A stretch of DNA of 64,000 nt, taken from the NCBI GenBank assembly GCA_951406725.2, contig OX597814.1, forward strand, positions 25,730,001 to 25,794,000, given 5' to 3'. Numbering within the stretch: the stretch's first letter is position 1; every line of letters begins with the position of its first letter. A program made the translations under genes and the position numbers. Of the stretch, positions 41,612 through 54,803 are shown piece after piece. The notes under the pieces were generated by a model that was not told the DNA's origin, did not search any database, and worked only from the letters and a program-made list of their open reading frames with translations. Source of the stretch: Octopus vulgaris. Taxonomy: Eukaryota.

Positions 41612-43510
41612 TCATCATCATCATCATTTTCGTTTAACATCCATCCTCCATGCTAGCATGTGAGATAATCACAAGAGCTGGCCAGGCATAAGCCTGTGCC
41701 AGACTTCTGTGACTGTTTTTGGCAAGATTTTTACAGCTGGATGCCCTTCCTAACACCCACCACTCAGTAGAGTGGACTTAATGCTTTTTACATGGCGCAA
41801 GCACAGGTGAGGTCAGTTTTGACAAGGTTTTACAGCTGGATGCCCTTCCAAATGCCAGTTAATTTACAGTGTGGACTGGGTGCTTTTAAGTGGCACCTGC
41901 ACTTACAGGGTCAGCAAGTACTTGCAAGACAAAAAAAGTTTCAAGAGAGGAGGGGGCATGAGAGGAGGTAATCTTGTGTCGGTTGATGAAAGGTTATAGT
42001 GAGATAGAGAGACAGAAACAGGTGTCTTGCTGTAGAGGAAATACAAGGTTACCTGGCCGGAGAGAGAGAGAGAGAGAGAGATCAGAAATGAAGATAGAAA
42101 CAGGTGCAAAGGAAATATATGGTTACCCAACCTGAGGGAAGTGCAGGAGAAGGAGAGAGAGAGAGAGAGAGACAGTGCGAGACAGCAGGATAGAGATGGT
42201 GGCAAAATGACAGGCATACTCACAAGTGGGAGGGATCAGAATATAAATGGGATGGTTGAGTAAAGAAAAAGAGAGAGATATAGATGGTGGCAAGTACTTT
42301 GAGGTTCGAAACGGCATAATATAAGTGGCAGGATATTGCAAAGGAAGTGTGATTAAAGAGTGCAGAGGGGAAGTAGAGTGAGTGGTGAAAACCTGAGCAC
42401 ACACAGAGTTGGTGGGCTACCGAATAGCAATGATACAGAGGAACAGGGCTGTGAGGACAGGATTGGGGAGTGAGAGCTAGGCATAGTGTATGAAGGAGCA
42501 AATGTGAGGAAGTGAAGAGATGTGGAGATATAGATTGGTTTGTTGGAGTAGGGTGAGTGAGAAGTTTCCTTGTTATATGTAGGTGGAACACCCAGGTCAG
42601 GGGCCAGCAGATGGCAATAATACTGTGAGAGAGGGTGTATGGGAGGAACACACAGGTCAGGGGCTAGTGGTGAGCAATGATACAGTGGCACAGGGCCAAG
42701 AGAACAGGATTGGGGAGAGGGAGGTAAGCATAGTGCATGAAGAGGAAATATGAGGAAGAGATGTAGAGATGTAGATCGGTTTGTTGTGGTAGAGGGTGTG
42801 AGAAGTTTTCTTGCTAAGTGTGGGTGGGATACACAGCATTTCTAGAACTCAGTTTTGCTGACATGGGTGGGTCTTTTCTAGAACATCATATTGCCAGACA
42901 ATCTCAATCCATTGTCATTTCCTCTGTGAGGCCCAACATCCTGGGATTAGTTCTTACCACTTCATTCCATGTCTTCCTAGGTCTCCCTCTTCCACAGGTA
43001 CCATCCCCTTTCAATGATCAGCACTTCTTTATACAGCTGTCCTCATTCATCCACATCACATGTCCAAACCAATGTAGTCTTCTCTCCTGCATGATATGTT
43101 TGATTCCTCTTATGCCCAACTTTTCTCTTGATACATTTGCACTTTCCCATACATGTGCACTGATGTTGCACATCCAATAGAGCATACTACCTTCATTTCT
43201 CTCCAGTCTACACATGTCTTCTGCACTCAGAGCCTATGTCTCACTACCAAGGAGTATAGCCATTCCCACACAAGCATCATGTAATCTACCTTTCACTCAG
43301 AGAGAGAGAGTATTTTTGTTGCCAACTGAGGTAATAACTCGCTGAACTTCCACCCAATTTTTATTCTAGAAACAATACTTTCAGAGTATCCTCCACCATT
43401 GCTAATTTGGTCACCTAGGTAACAGAAACTATCTGCAACCTCAAGAGAGCCTCCTGGGTATTTTAGAGAATCTAAGTCCCATGTGCTCTTAGTGCTTATT
43501 GTTCCTGCAC
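41612..43510 (-). mobile_element. 5'-truncated RTE-clade LINE (ORF2 C-terminus, long 3'UTR, GAT tail)
   Basis: LERNEGSMLYWMCNI...REKLGIRGIKHIMQERRLHWFGHV (RRLRWFGHV motif) and FCYLGD. The 3'UTR has an internal ~170-bp duplication (42427-42590 and 42675-42835). Confidence 0.85.
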
Positions 43511-45305
43511 AACTTCATCAAATTTTTATAGTATGTATATCTACACAACATATTGTTCTCTTTGATCCCATCTCATTACATATCAACATAGTACCAGATT
43601 GGATTCAAACTAGGAATTTTTATTTCTAACTAAGGGCTCTAAAGTTCTTACCTAAGGATAAGGTATCAGATAATGATACAAGATCAAACCAAGAGAAACG
43701 CAGTCATCACCATCATCATTATTATTTTTATGTCAGTTTTTAATATTGGGATAGGTTAGAGGAAACTTGTAGCTCTAGGTTTTCTGTTGTGAGATTTTCT
43801 TCTAGTAGCCAACCTCCACCTATTTGTGTTTTTCATTTTTCCTTCAGTTCACTAAACTACAGCACATTTGTTTTGCTGAATAATGTTAACAATGTCCCTA
43901 TTTTTGCTCTGAAAGTGTTAATGAGGACTTGCAGAATCGATATTTTCATTCATATGCTCACAAACACACACAACCACAGATACCATATGCTTCAATACAG
44001 TTTCTGCCAACCAATTCCATTCACAAAGTATTTGCTTAGTCTTAGGGTATAGAATAAGACACTTGCACAAGATACCATGATGTAGGACTGGACCTGGAAC
44101 TATGTGGTTGTAAAGCAAACTTTGCAACCCCACAGCCAAATATTAGAGGCTTAACAAGAGTGGAGTGATGTGGAGAGACAGACGTGAGAGGGCATAATAT
44201 CTTCTTTGGGCTGTCATATCTATTAATTAAGGGTGAGAGTGTCTCAAGTGATTTTTGCCCCTCAAGTACTGAGAATCTTTTATTTGCCATTAGTAAATAC
44301 TGAGAAATTATTATCTCTAAATATAAAGTTATTAACCAGAAAAATTTAATCATATTAAAAGTAACTCATCTGAGGTATGTAGGTATTTAATAAACTGCAT
44401 GTTTATTAAATGCCTAAATAGCTGTTCAGCTGCAACTCTGATACCATCATAATATTTCAATCAATAAAGTACTGAAGTTACTTTACAAAGTACTTCCAAC
44501 TTTTTGACTATTTTCATCATGACTTGAAATGCACACAGTATATTCTTGTGAAATATGCAGTCATGAAATTATAAAATCAGAAGACAAATTCTTAAAAGAC
44601 ATAAAGTTGATAAATAAGATGGACACAAATATTTTTGTATTAATTTAGACAAACAATTGAAAATATCATCTTTTTCATCCATAAGTCCTAGATCTTTCTT
44701 GATATAAAAGAAAGCACGAAACCCACACATAAACATATGTGCATATATATATATATATATATATGTGTGTATGGAGAATTTGTTTGTCAAACAATATAAT
44801 GCATAGTTGAAAAGGTTCTCGTTACCTTTTGTCATCAACTTAGATAATTCATTCTATAAATTATAAAAAAAGAGTATATTTTACATAGTAATAATGCTAA
44901 CCATAGATTATATACTAAAATTTCTGTTATATTAGATATTAAATGACAGATACATAGCATATAATTAATTTACTCAGCTTATAATAATATTCTTGCGTTG
45001 GGTTCAGCTATGTCAAGGCATCTAATAGATAATTCTATGCGAGGTGTGTATTGGAGAGAGATAGTGAATGTTGTAGCAACAGTTTTTATTTCAAATAAGG
45101 TTATAATTTTTCAGATCATTAACCTTAGAGTGAATGTCTGCAATATTTATATTTACTCTTTACTTTCACTGGTCTTCTCTCTGAATGTCATCATATGGAG
45201 TTCAACTGAAGTTCAAGGAAAGCTGTAATGATATTGCCAAAAAGATAATATTCAAAAAAGACTCAGTCTTCTGAAGATACACACACACACACATGCATAC
45301 ATACA

Positions 45306-45360
<55 letters not shown>

Positions 45361-45386
45361 TTATATATATATATATATATATATAT

Positions 45387-46032
45387 AAATATAATTAAGG
45401 GCTCCTAAATAAGGATGTCAAGTGCTAGGGGCACAAAAAAGGGATAAATTTATCGAGAGTGAAAATCAAAAACATTTACCATTAACGATACATCTCGGAC
45501 TGATCAGTTTCTACCTCTTTCTAGCAAAACAAACAGAATATGTTTGCTAAGGCCGGTTTCATCAGCGAGATGCCTAAGTTAAATCGAGACGCGCAGCGCG
45601 TTAGACCATGTGTTGATCTCAACAGCTTGCATATCTTAACTTTTCAAATCTCTGCGCAGACGCAAAATCTACCCGGTGATATAGGGCATGCCGGGAAAAA
45701 AATTTTACGAATAAATCCATCAAGTAATATGTAAATATAAACAAGGGTAATAATATAGATTACTACCAGTGGCCCAGCACAAAAGACAAATTAGTCATTA
45801 GACAAAATATTATTCATTCAGAAAAATATCATTCATATAGAAATATAATTAAGGGCTCCTAAATAAGGATGCCAAGTGCTAGGGGCACAAAAAAGGGATA
45901 AATTAAGGAGCCCTTAATTATATTTCTATATGAATGATATTTTTGTGAATGAATAATATTTTGTCTAATGACTAATTCGTCTTTTGTGCTGGGCCACTGG
46001 TAGTAATCTATATTATTACCCTTGTTTATATT
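45387..46032 (-). mobile_element. non-coding HHR-bearing element (retrozyme-like or solo pLTR): 454-bp unit with 64-bp terminal direct repeats and a 127-bp inverted duplication
   Basis: Direct repeat 45387-45450 and 45841-45904; inverted repeat 45734-45860 and 45906-46032 with 2 mismatches seen; flanked by (TA)n. Confidence 0.75.
45491..45572 (-). ncRNA. type I hammerhead ribozyme with extended stem II
   Basis: catctcg CTGATGA a-acc-ggcct-tagcaaa..tttgcta-gaaaga-ggt-a GAAA c-tgatca-g TC cgagatg: perfect 7-bp stem I, palindromic stem III, GUC site. Confidence 0.85.
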
Positions 46033-46101
<69 letters not shown>

Positions 46102-47082
46102 TTAACAAATGAGATCCAGAGGTGCTCAATATAGAAAACAGTAGCATTCAAATGATTTGAATTTATACTCCAAAATCTTTAGTGAGGACTAAATCCAGAA
46201 GATAGCAAGTAGCTATAAGAGGGATTCATTTGAGCAAAGATGCCCTTTCTTCACAGTGATGACAGAGGCCAGATACACCTAATGTTTATATGCTTCCACT
46301 ACTGGTTGAATATCCTTGACTTTTTGCAAAATACATCTGCCAACATTATGAAGTAATTCCAAGCGTCCAGAAACTACTGTTGGACCTGTAACACAATACC
46401 TTCTCTCCTTAATTTATGGTATCTTTGTACTCTGTGAAAGTTTGCTCTGTTAATGCATAAATATTTATATATTTACAAGTAAAATACAAATTCTTTTCAT
46501 TTTAATGTGTTTGTCTTTATTTGATTTCGATTTGCATCTTTTTCTAGAATCTCTTTAAGGTAAACAAAATCAAAATTTTAAATTGGAGGGTGGGGTAAAA
46601 TTTGAGAAGGAGTTCTTTTTTGTGCATATTCGTAATCTCCAAAATCTAAAATCTAAAATGCAGTAATCCCAAAAAAAATTTACAAAAAAATGCATTTTTC
46701 AAGGAGAGGTGTGATTCTGCATTAGTCCCATAAAAATTTCAAATAGCGTCAATGGTAATTTTTTTCTTTGGGCATGCGCATAAACATGTACTCCAGTCTG
46801 GAAAACTCTATAACCAGTTAATGTGTATCACAAGGCATGCGTAACAGGACATACAGAGAAACAACTTTTCTGTTACATATATTACTAATGATCTGATACA
46901 TGAGCATTGATCTTCTGAATATTTTCAGTCCTTTGTTTTCTCTCTATTTATATGTATATATGTATATGTATGTATATTCTGTACATTGAGCTCAAGTGGT
47001 TTCATTTGTTTATTTGCATCATTATCTTTTTCTCTCTATATATATATAGACATATGTGTGTGTGTATACATCTCTCTATCTA

Positions 47083-47113
<31 letters not shown>

Positions 47114-47116
<3 letters not shown>

Positions 47117-47390
47117 CTTGACTCCGTTGGTCACAAGTGACCATTCGTGCACCTAAGAGGTTCCCGTTCCCCTCTCCGTGCCACCGATGTTATCCAAGGG
47201 AAAGGCAAAGGCCGATACAGCTTGGTAACAGTGACATCACAACTCATTTTTACAGCTGAGTGAACTGGAGCAACGCAAAATAAAATGTCATAGTCAAGAA
47301 CACAACATGCAGCCCAGTCTGGGAAACAAATTCACAACCTTACAATAGTAAGCTCGACACTCTAACCATTGAACCATGTGCCTTTCATAC
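47114..47390 (-). mobile_element. decayed tRNA-headed SINE
   Basis: Minus-strand head aggcacatggttcaatggttagagtgtcgagc..., followed by ttgctccagttcactcagctgtaaaaatgag. Confidence 0.6.
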
Positions 47391-47496
47391 GTGCCTTACA
47401 TATATATGTATAAATATATATATGTGTGTATATATATATATATGAAAAAACAAGTCAAAAATAGAAAATGCTAAAATAATTTTATAGTGAACATTT

Positions 47497-47534
47497 CAGT
47501 ACCGGTTTCGGTCATTTTGAGACCTTTTCAACTG
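47497..47534 (-). ncRNA. minimal hammerhead ribozyme, U3-A8 variant (inverted copy)
   Basis: Exact reverse complement of 50742-50779. Confidence 0.75.
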
Positions 47535-48286
47535 TAACGATTAAATAATTAAATTTAGAAAAATTAGAAGAAAAGTTTTTTTAAAAGAATATTTCTATAG
47601 TAGTGTTCAGATTTAAGTGGCATTCTGCCTTTCTCTGACTCCCTTGTTTGCACTTGTGTGTCGGAGGTCGTTGTGAGTTCTTGGTAGGGTAGTAGAGGAA
47701 GAAGGCTGGTGAGGAAAGGGGGGTGGGAGAATCTGGGAGTGCCCTGATGGTCGTATTTTGAATGGTCAGTGGCGGCTGGCAGTCTCAGTTCAATTCAGGA
47801 GAATATTTATATTGACAGGCTTGTTTATAGAATTAGCGTAGGTGTTATACTAAAAAAACATTAGTGACAAAGTTAAGGGGTAGGGGTGGAGAAGTAGAAG
47901 AGGAAGAAGAAGAAGAAGAAGAAGAAGAAGAAGAAGAAGAAGAAGAAGAAGGAGAAGGAGAAGATGACGATGATGGTGATGGTGGTGATGATTATGACGA
48001 CGATGATGATGATAATGATGATGATGAAGAAGAAGAAGAAGAAGCAGGAGGAGAAGGAGAAGATTGTGGTGATGATGGTGGTGATGATGATGACGACGAT
48101 GATGATGATAATGATGATGATGAAGTAGAAGAGGAAGAAGAAGAAGAAGAAGAAAAAAACAGAGAAGGGAGAATATGATTGGGTGTAAATATAGCTATGA
48201 TGGGGCTGATTAGTAATGGATTCTATGCAGTGTAATAATTGTGTGTGTATATATATTTTTTTCTTTTATTCTAAAGTTGAGGTATA

Positions 48287-48610
48287 TTAATTGTTTGTCG
48301 TGGACCCGTTAAGAAGTGGCTTGTATTTTGTAATAAAGAGATTTTCTTTACTTATTCGTTGTCTCGAGGTTGTATCGTCCCTAAATTGGTAGAGGGGGAA
48401 AATTCTGAAGTTTGGTGTTTTCTTGTTGGCGCAAGTATCTATGTGTTGGCTAAAAGCTATTTTTCTGTTTTGGGGAATTTTTATCTGGGATCTGTGCAGG
48501 GCCATTCGTTTACGCAAACCATTTTTTGTTTGGCCTATGTACTGCTCTTGACACCCGGAGCAGGTTAGTGAGTATATTAGGTTCTCCGAAGCACATGTGA
48601 AGTTGCTTTT
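48287..48610 (-). pseudogene. inverted duplicate of the GIY-YIG endonuclease coding end
   Basis: Translation is identical to the C-terminus of the 48698-49981 ORF (KSNFTCASENLIYSLTC...YIGQT...NGSTTNN). Confidence 0.9.
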
Positions 48611-49981
48611 ATCCCCCACAACCTAGCACTAGAGGCAATCCAATTCTGGCTAGAGAATCACGCCAACGAACTACCACACCGCATCAAAAAAGAATTTGTG
48701 ATAGAAGGGGTTAAATTCATCCTGGAAAATAACTTCTTCGCCTTCAATGACAACTTCTACCGACAAAAATCGGGGACTGCGATGGGTACACGAATGGCCC
48801 CCTCCTTTGCCAACCTAGTCATAGGATACCTAGAGATCAGTCTGTATCGTAAGGTTCTAGAAAGATATGGCAGCCCTTTCTCCATCTACATAGAAAACAA
48901 CTGGAAGAGATATCTAGATGACTGTTTCATCCTTTGGCATAGAAATATAGAAAAACTCATAGAATTCCAGAAAATTTTAAACGGACTGGACGTAAACATC
49001 CAATTCACGATGGAATATAGCCAACAACAACTCCCCTTCCTCGATATCCTCATTAAGAAAGCTAATAATATAATAGAAACAGACATATACCATAAGCCTA
49101 CAGACTCTAAGCAATATCTTCCATTCAATTCATGCCACCCCAGACACACCAGGATGAATATCCCCTTCAATCTAGCAAAAAGGATATGCACTATAGTCTC
49201 TAACGCAAACACCAGAGACACACGACTACAAGAACTAAAAGAAACCCTAATCACCAGGAACTATCCACCTTCACTTATTGACAAGTGCATTCAACGTGCC
49301 CTTCAACTTAACATCAAGGAACTGAGACATCCCAAATCAAAGAAAAACTTACAACCAAAAGCCTTACCATACATCTCCACACACAACCCTCTCAATAACG
49401 AAGCCTTCGACACCATCCTCCACAACATACCCCTCCTAAAAAAAGACCACAGAATGAACACAATCCTCCAAACACACACGATCATAAAAAGCAAAAGACA
49501 GCCTAGATCCATGAAAAGTCTCCTTACACAAGCCCGAATTCACTCTTCAACACAGAAGCCGACAGTAAAAAAATGTGGAAGACCCAATTGCGGGATATGC
49601 GACTATCTAATTGAGGGATCAGAGTTCTCCTTCAAACAGGGACAACGGTTTACAGTGAAAAGCAACTTCACATGTGCTTCGGAGAACCTAATATACTCAC
49701 TAACCTGCTCCGGGTGTCAAGAGCAGTACATAGGCCAAACAAAAAATGGTTTGCGTAAACGAATGGCCCTGCACAGATCCCAGATAAAAATTCCCCAAAA
49801 CAGAAAAATAGCTTTTAGCCAACACATAGATACTTGCGCCAACAAGAAAACACCAAACTTCAGAATTTTCCCCCTCTACCAATTTAGGGACGATACAACC
49901 TCGAGACAACGAATAAGTAAAGAAAATCTCTTTATTACAAAATACAAGCCACTTCTTAACGGGTCCACGACAAACAATTAA
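48611..49981 (+). CDS. Penelope-like reverse transcriptase + GIY-YIG endonuclease, N-terminally truncated (frame open from the junction, IPHNLALEAI...)
   Basis: RT motifs QKSGTAMGTRMAP, RYLDD, LPFLD, YHKPTD, SCHP; linker CGRPNCGIC; endonuclease NLIYSLTC..C..QYIGQT...R...H. The first catalytic Asp (before YTNIPH) is lost at the junction. Confidence 0.92.
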   Translation: MPHNLALEAIQFWLENHANELPHRIKKEFVIEGVKFILENNFFAFNDNFYRQKSGTAMGTRMAPSFANLVIGYLEISLYRKVLERYGSPFSIYIENNWKRYLDDCFILWHRNIEKLIEFQKILNGLDVNIQFTMEYSQQQLPFLDILIKKANNIIETDIYHKPTDSKQYLPFNSCHPRHTRMNIPFNLAKRICTIVSNANTRDTRLQELKETLITRNYPPSLIDKCIQRALQLNIKELRHPKSKKNLQPKALPYISTHNPLNNEAFDTILHNIPLLKKDHRMNTILQTHTIIKSKRQPRSMKSLLTQARIHSSTQKPTVKKCGRPNCGICDYLIEGSEFSFKQGQRFTVKSNFTCASENLIYSLTCSGCQEQYIGQTKNGLRKRMALHRSQIKIPQNRKIAFSQHIDTCANKKTPNFRIFPLYQFRDDTTSRQRISKENLFITKYKPLLNGSTTNN

Positions 49982-50118
49982 TATACCTCAACTTTAGAAT
50001 AAAAGAAAAAAATATATATACACACACAAATATTACACTGCATAGAATCCATTACTAATCAGCCCCATCATAGCTATATTTACACCCAATCATATTCTCT
50101 TCCTTCTTCTTCTTTTTT

Positions 50119-50153
<35 letters not shown>

Positions 50154-50741
50154 ATCATCATCATTATCATCATCATCGTCGTCATCATCATCACCACCAT
50201 CATCACCACCATCTTCTCCTTCTCCTCCTGCTTCTTCTTCTTCTTCTTCTTCATCATCATCATTATCATCATCATCGTCGTCATAATCATCACCACCATC
50301 ACCATCATCGTCATCTTCTCCTTCTCCTTCTTCTTCTTCTTCTTCTTCTTCTTCTTCTTCTTCTTCTTCTACTTCTCCACCCCCTACCCCTTAACTTTGT
50401 CACTAATGTTTTTTAGTATAACACCTACGCTAATTCTATAAACAAGCCTGTCAATATAAATATTCTCCTGAATTGAACTGAGACTGCCAGCCGCCACTGA
50501 CCATTCAAAATACGACCATCAGGGCACTCCCAGATTCTCCCACCCCCTTTCCTCACCAGCCTTCTTCCTCTACTACCCTACCAAGAACTCACAACGACCT
50601 CCGACACACAAGTGCAAACAAGGGAGTCAGAGAAAGGCAGAATGCCACTTAAATCTGAACACTACTATAGAAATATTTTTGACTTGTTTTTTCATAAAAA
50701 CTTTTCTTCTAATTTTTCTAAATTTAATTATTTAATCGTTA

Positions 50742-50779
50742 CAGTTGAAAAGGTCTCAAAATGACCGAAACCGGTACTG
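50742..50779 (+). ncRNA. minimal type I hammerhead ribozyme, U3-A8 core variant
   Basis: cag TTGAAAA ggtc-tcaaaat-gacc GAAA ccgg TA ctg; stem I extendable (cgtt/aatg); palindromic stem III ACCGGT; GUA site after 50776. Confidence 0.78.
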
Positions 50780-50900
50780 AAATGTTCACTATAAAATTAT
50801 TTTAGCATTTTCTATTTTTGACTTGTTTTTTCATATATATCAACTCGTGTGTTCCTTTTCACCCTTGGTGTAATTGATATACAAATTAATTAATTTCACC

Positions 50901-51297
<397 letters not shown>

Positions 51298-52574
51298 TAT
51301 ATATGTAGGATCTTTTCGGTTTGAACGGCAGTTTTTAACATAATTTCTAGGTAACTAAAAAATTTTAAACTTCATATACTGGTAGAATGTGTTTATAAAA
51401 AATTTTTTTCTGTTGGCTTTATTGGGAAAATTCTATAGTTTGTAAGATATTATGTTTTTAATTTCTTGCATTTCGGCAATTTCAAATTAAAACACTATTT
51501 CGAGAAATAACCTAACGATATGTCCTTTTTACTATTTTTACTCCTCTGACAAGATTTTGTCCCCCAAAATGTTTTAAACTATTGGAATTTAATTCCTTTG
51601 GGCAAAATCGAAACAGCTGTAAGGGAACATGTTGAATTTTTGCAGTTAATAAAATATATTAATGCTACTTCTCCATTTTTCTGGATTTTAATTTGAATAT
51701 TCATAAACAAAATTTTATACTTAAACCTATTGCTTTAGGAATATTACTATTCACAACAAAATAATAGGTAACAAACCAGTAATTTATTGGATATTTTCTA
51801 TCCCTTAAAGTGGTTATTTTTACCTCTATTAAACTTTATATATATACATACACACATGAATATCTGTTTTTATGTTTAGTTACAATGAAAACAATTTTAC
51901 ATTAATCTGAAAGTTTGCTTTATACTTTTGTATTGTATAAATTTATTATTCTTTTATAAGAACAGTAACTTTGAAATGTCAGCTAGCCAGCTAAACATGT
52001 GATGCATGATGTTAAACTTGGCTTTATATAGTCTTTGTTATGATAAAATTTTCTTAGGTTTGTAGGGTTCTGTTAAATGGTAATTAGGTTGTGGGTTGGG
52101 TTGTGATGGAGAAGTGTTGTGGAGAATTTTCTATTGATTGAATTTGGGGCTATGTTTTTGTTCATAATTTATTCATGCATGTAGAACTTTGCAAACAAGT
52201 GTGCATATTTAGGTGTGTCAACTTCAGGTCACAGGATTGTTTTTTAGTGGTTCACAAAAGGAAGTAGGTAGTGAAAGGTTTGGGAAAGTGAATGCTTGAC
52301 TAGTTTAGCTATTTTGGGTTTTAGCTATTTTTGGTTTGGATTTAATCCTTTGCTTTGGCAATGTAAAATTCAATAAAAGTTCTCCACATCTCTGCATCTC
52401 AATCCACTATACAACCTAGTTGCTGTTTAACTGAACCCTCACAAACCCTAGAAAACATTTTTCTCAACAGCAGGTGTATAAAGCTAAGATTAACTTAATG
52501 CATCACAGTCTGATGATGGGTTAGCTGCTCAAAACTTTGAAGTTACTGTCAATACTAGACTTGTGGAAGAATAT

Positions 52575-52621
<47 letters not shown>

Positions 52622-53549
52622 AACTCATGCTAGCATGGAAAGCAGACGTTAAACGATGATGATATATATATTTATATATATGTATGTGTGTGTGTGTGTG
52701 TGTGTGTATATATCCAGTGTAAGCATTCAAAGCATGGTATTCATTTAAAATAGACAGGCATGTATCATACTTAATGTACAAACATCAACAGACAAGTCAC
52801 ATTTACTGCAGTTTTCAGTCAAGATCTAATCTCTTATGTATGTGTTTAAAAGCACAATATGTATTGGAAGCAGGTGAAAATTCATCTTGGATGAGGTTAG
52901 TAAAAATGTCTGATGCGTTTCAGCCTTTTAATGCTTTGTTAATGATGTGTACTTGCAGCCAGTCACATTTCTAGACAAGCTTTGTCACCTCTGATATAGG
53001 AAACAGCAAATAATACAATCACTGGTATTGCAAATAGCCACTGGGCTGGATACATTTTCGGGTATATGTAAATGAAGCAGTGTTCAATTTAACAGGCAAG
53101 TTGCTGCAGTTTTCGTTTGAGATAAAATCTCTTATGGAAGTTTTGTGTTTAAAAACATATACACAAGATTTGAAGATAACTCATCCCATTAGTGGCTAGC
53201 TAGACTGTCAAAAAGGACTGAAATGTATCTAGTGTCCTTGTTAGCTGCTACAGGGATTATTTTTGTCTCCAAATTATATATATATATATATGTGTGTGTG
53301 TGTGCGTGTGTGTGTGTGTGTGTGTGTATTTGGAGGGCAAGCCACTATGTGGTTGGCCGTATGCTAGAAGTAGATCACCTACGATCAAACTACAAAGAAA
53401 AGAATGTTCTCTAGAGGAAAATTCAGCGGACACCAGAACGAAAATGCGAGAATTTTCTCTGATTTTTCAGATTTTTGTATGCTAGGCTACTGGTTTTAAA
53501 TTGATGTTAATTAAATTAATATTCAATTTATCTCCCTCATTATTTAAAT

Positions 53550-53613
<64 letters not shown>

Positions 53614-53620
53614 TTATATA

Positions 53621-53656
<36 letters not shown>

Positions 53657-54499
53657 TGTGTGTGTGTGTGTGGTGTATATATATATATATATATATATAA
53701 ACATACTATGTCCACTGTGAATGGATGGATAAATTGATTCATAGCGTGTTCGTTAAAATAAAATAATCTTAATTAGCTGTAAACTAGAGCTTGGTGCTGT
53801 GCATGCTGCTATTGTTCAGTTGTGAATGATATTCAGATCTTGTGTTAGGGCAGCTGAGTCCTCAAGCTATTTCACTCTCCAGAGGAACAGTATATAAGTT
53901 ACAATATTTTGTGCTCACCCTGGCATTTGCTGTAGGTTTCGATTTTCTAATAATGTATGTTTTCGTTATCCGGAAACTTACTTCATCTTTATTCTTTACT
54001 ATGTTGTGTGGAGTTAAAGGAGGTTAAAACGTCTCCAACGGTGGAAAGTTCATAACAGCAGTAGGAAATGCTTAGATAGGTGTTCAGATAAAAATTTGGG
54101 AAGAGAAACGAGAAGAAAGCTAGAAGAAAAAGAGACTAAAGATGAAGAATGCCCAAAATACCCCATTTCAGCTTCGTGTGGTTTTAGTTCACACAGTGAA
54201 TGTAGTGCTTCCCAGCTGCTTTCCGAAATGTCTGCCTAACCAAGGTTTATAGAAATTTTCTTTTCCCTTGTAGCAGTTTGTAGAATTCGGGGCCTTGTCA
54301 GTCCAGTAACGGACGAAAGCAACGACACGGATCCGTCTTAAGGCATGTGCACAATGGACAGTTACCAAGGGATCTCACAGGTCTAGGAACCCAATTCTGA
54401 TCTATGTATACTGTGGATTACTGTCAATAAATATATATGGTCCTGTGGATTGATTTGCCCGGGGGCTTATAATACTACTACGACGACTTTGCTATGACA

Positions 54500-54803
54500 T
54501 ATCAGGTGATCTTAACCCATATTTCAGCCAACAGTTGTCCTGGTGCATTTGTGAGGTGGTAAGATTAATGGAAAATTCCATGTAGCTTCACGCCTAAGCA
54601 TGGTTATATATTGAAATGCACGGAATATACAACCACAGTGTTTTTCTTGATTAACTGGCAAACATGACGCTCTGATCCCGTGTTCAAATGTTACCTCTTG
54701 CCAAGCATTCGTTTTCAACTCTTACCAAACTTACATTCTCTATCTTCTGGTATTCACAATAACAGCTTAAGTAAATTAACAATTGTAACATCAATTAGTA
54801 AAG
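54500..54803. repeat. diverged ~300-bp direct repeat, copy 1
   Basis: Colinear with 56799-57088 + 57485-57502, e.g. tcaggtga.cttaacccatatttcagccaacagttgtc.tggtgcattt. Confidence 0.85.

Noticed and set aside
47864-48178. Acidic Glu/Asp ORF
   Set aside because: Antisense reading of the microsatellite in the PLE 3'UTR.
52795-53165. Zinc-finger-like CSFQSRSNLL and a ~55-bp degenerate duplication (52806 and 53105)
   Set aside because: No C2H2 spacing, and stops occur in the frames examined.
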